A DNA stretch of 64,000 nt from Mobula hypostoma (Eukaryota): contig NC_086108.1 in assembly GCF_963921235.1 (NCBI RefSeq), positions 89,654,001-89,718,000 of the forward strand, written 5' to 3'. The translations under genes were made by a program, and so were the position numbers. Below are positions 63,951 through 64,000 of this stretch, piece after piece (position 1 is the first letter of the stretch; each line of letters starts with the position of its first letter). The notes beneath the pieces were generated by a model. That model did not search any database. It saw only the letters and a list, made by a program, of their open reading frames with translations, and was not told the origin of the DNA.

Positions 63951-64000
63951 ATTGACTTCATTTCCTGGGCACCTGGATATGGAGAGCCCTCTGCACCTCT

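Noticed and set aside
1..64000. Prokaryotic-type RT systems (retron, DGR, group II intron) suggested by the many RT ORFs
   Set aside because: All RTs carry CR1, Rex1, RLE or Gypsy signatures with LINE tails or LTRs. There is no operon structure, and spliceosomal exons are present.

Overview
This is eukaryotic genomic DNA. The repeat landscape suggests a cartilaginous fish, probably a ray or shark (inference): CR1 LINEs with octamer tails, Rex1/Babar, Penelope, V-SINEs, Mag-type Gypsy, Tc1 and Chapaev3. The only host coding sequence I can support is two phase-0 exons (10347-10523 and 44916-45050, + strand) of a phospholipid phosphatase-related gene, closest to PLPPR5, separated by a 34,392 bp intron. 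The rest is mostly transposon-derived intron. It includes a decayed HERO-like restriction-like-endonuclease retrotransposon whose 3' UTR can fold into a kink-turn, and a near-intact young CR1 ORF2. Near-identical inverted CR1 copies bracket both exons, a geometry that could allow back-splicing into a stop-free 312-nt circle. Also present are an LTR-in-LTR nest, three SINEs sharing one tRNA-derived head but carrying different tails, Penelope pseudo-LTRs with hammerhead remnants, and an accidental in-frame Rex1-CR1 fusion ORF. I found no prokaryotic system and no clearly new protein-coding system. Repeat boundaries without TSD evidence are approximate, and all family calls come from motif recognition rather than database searches.
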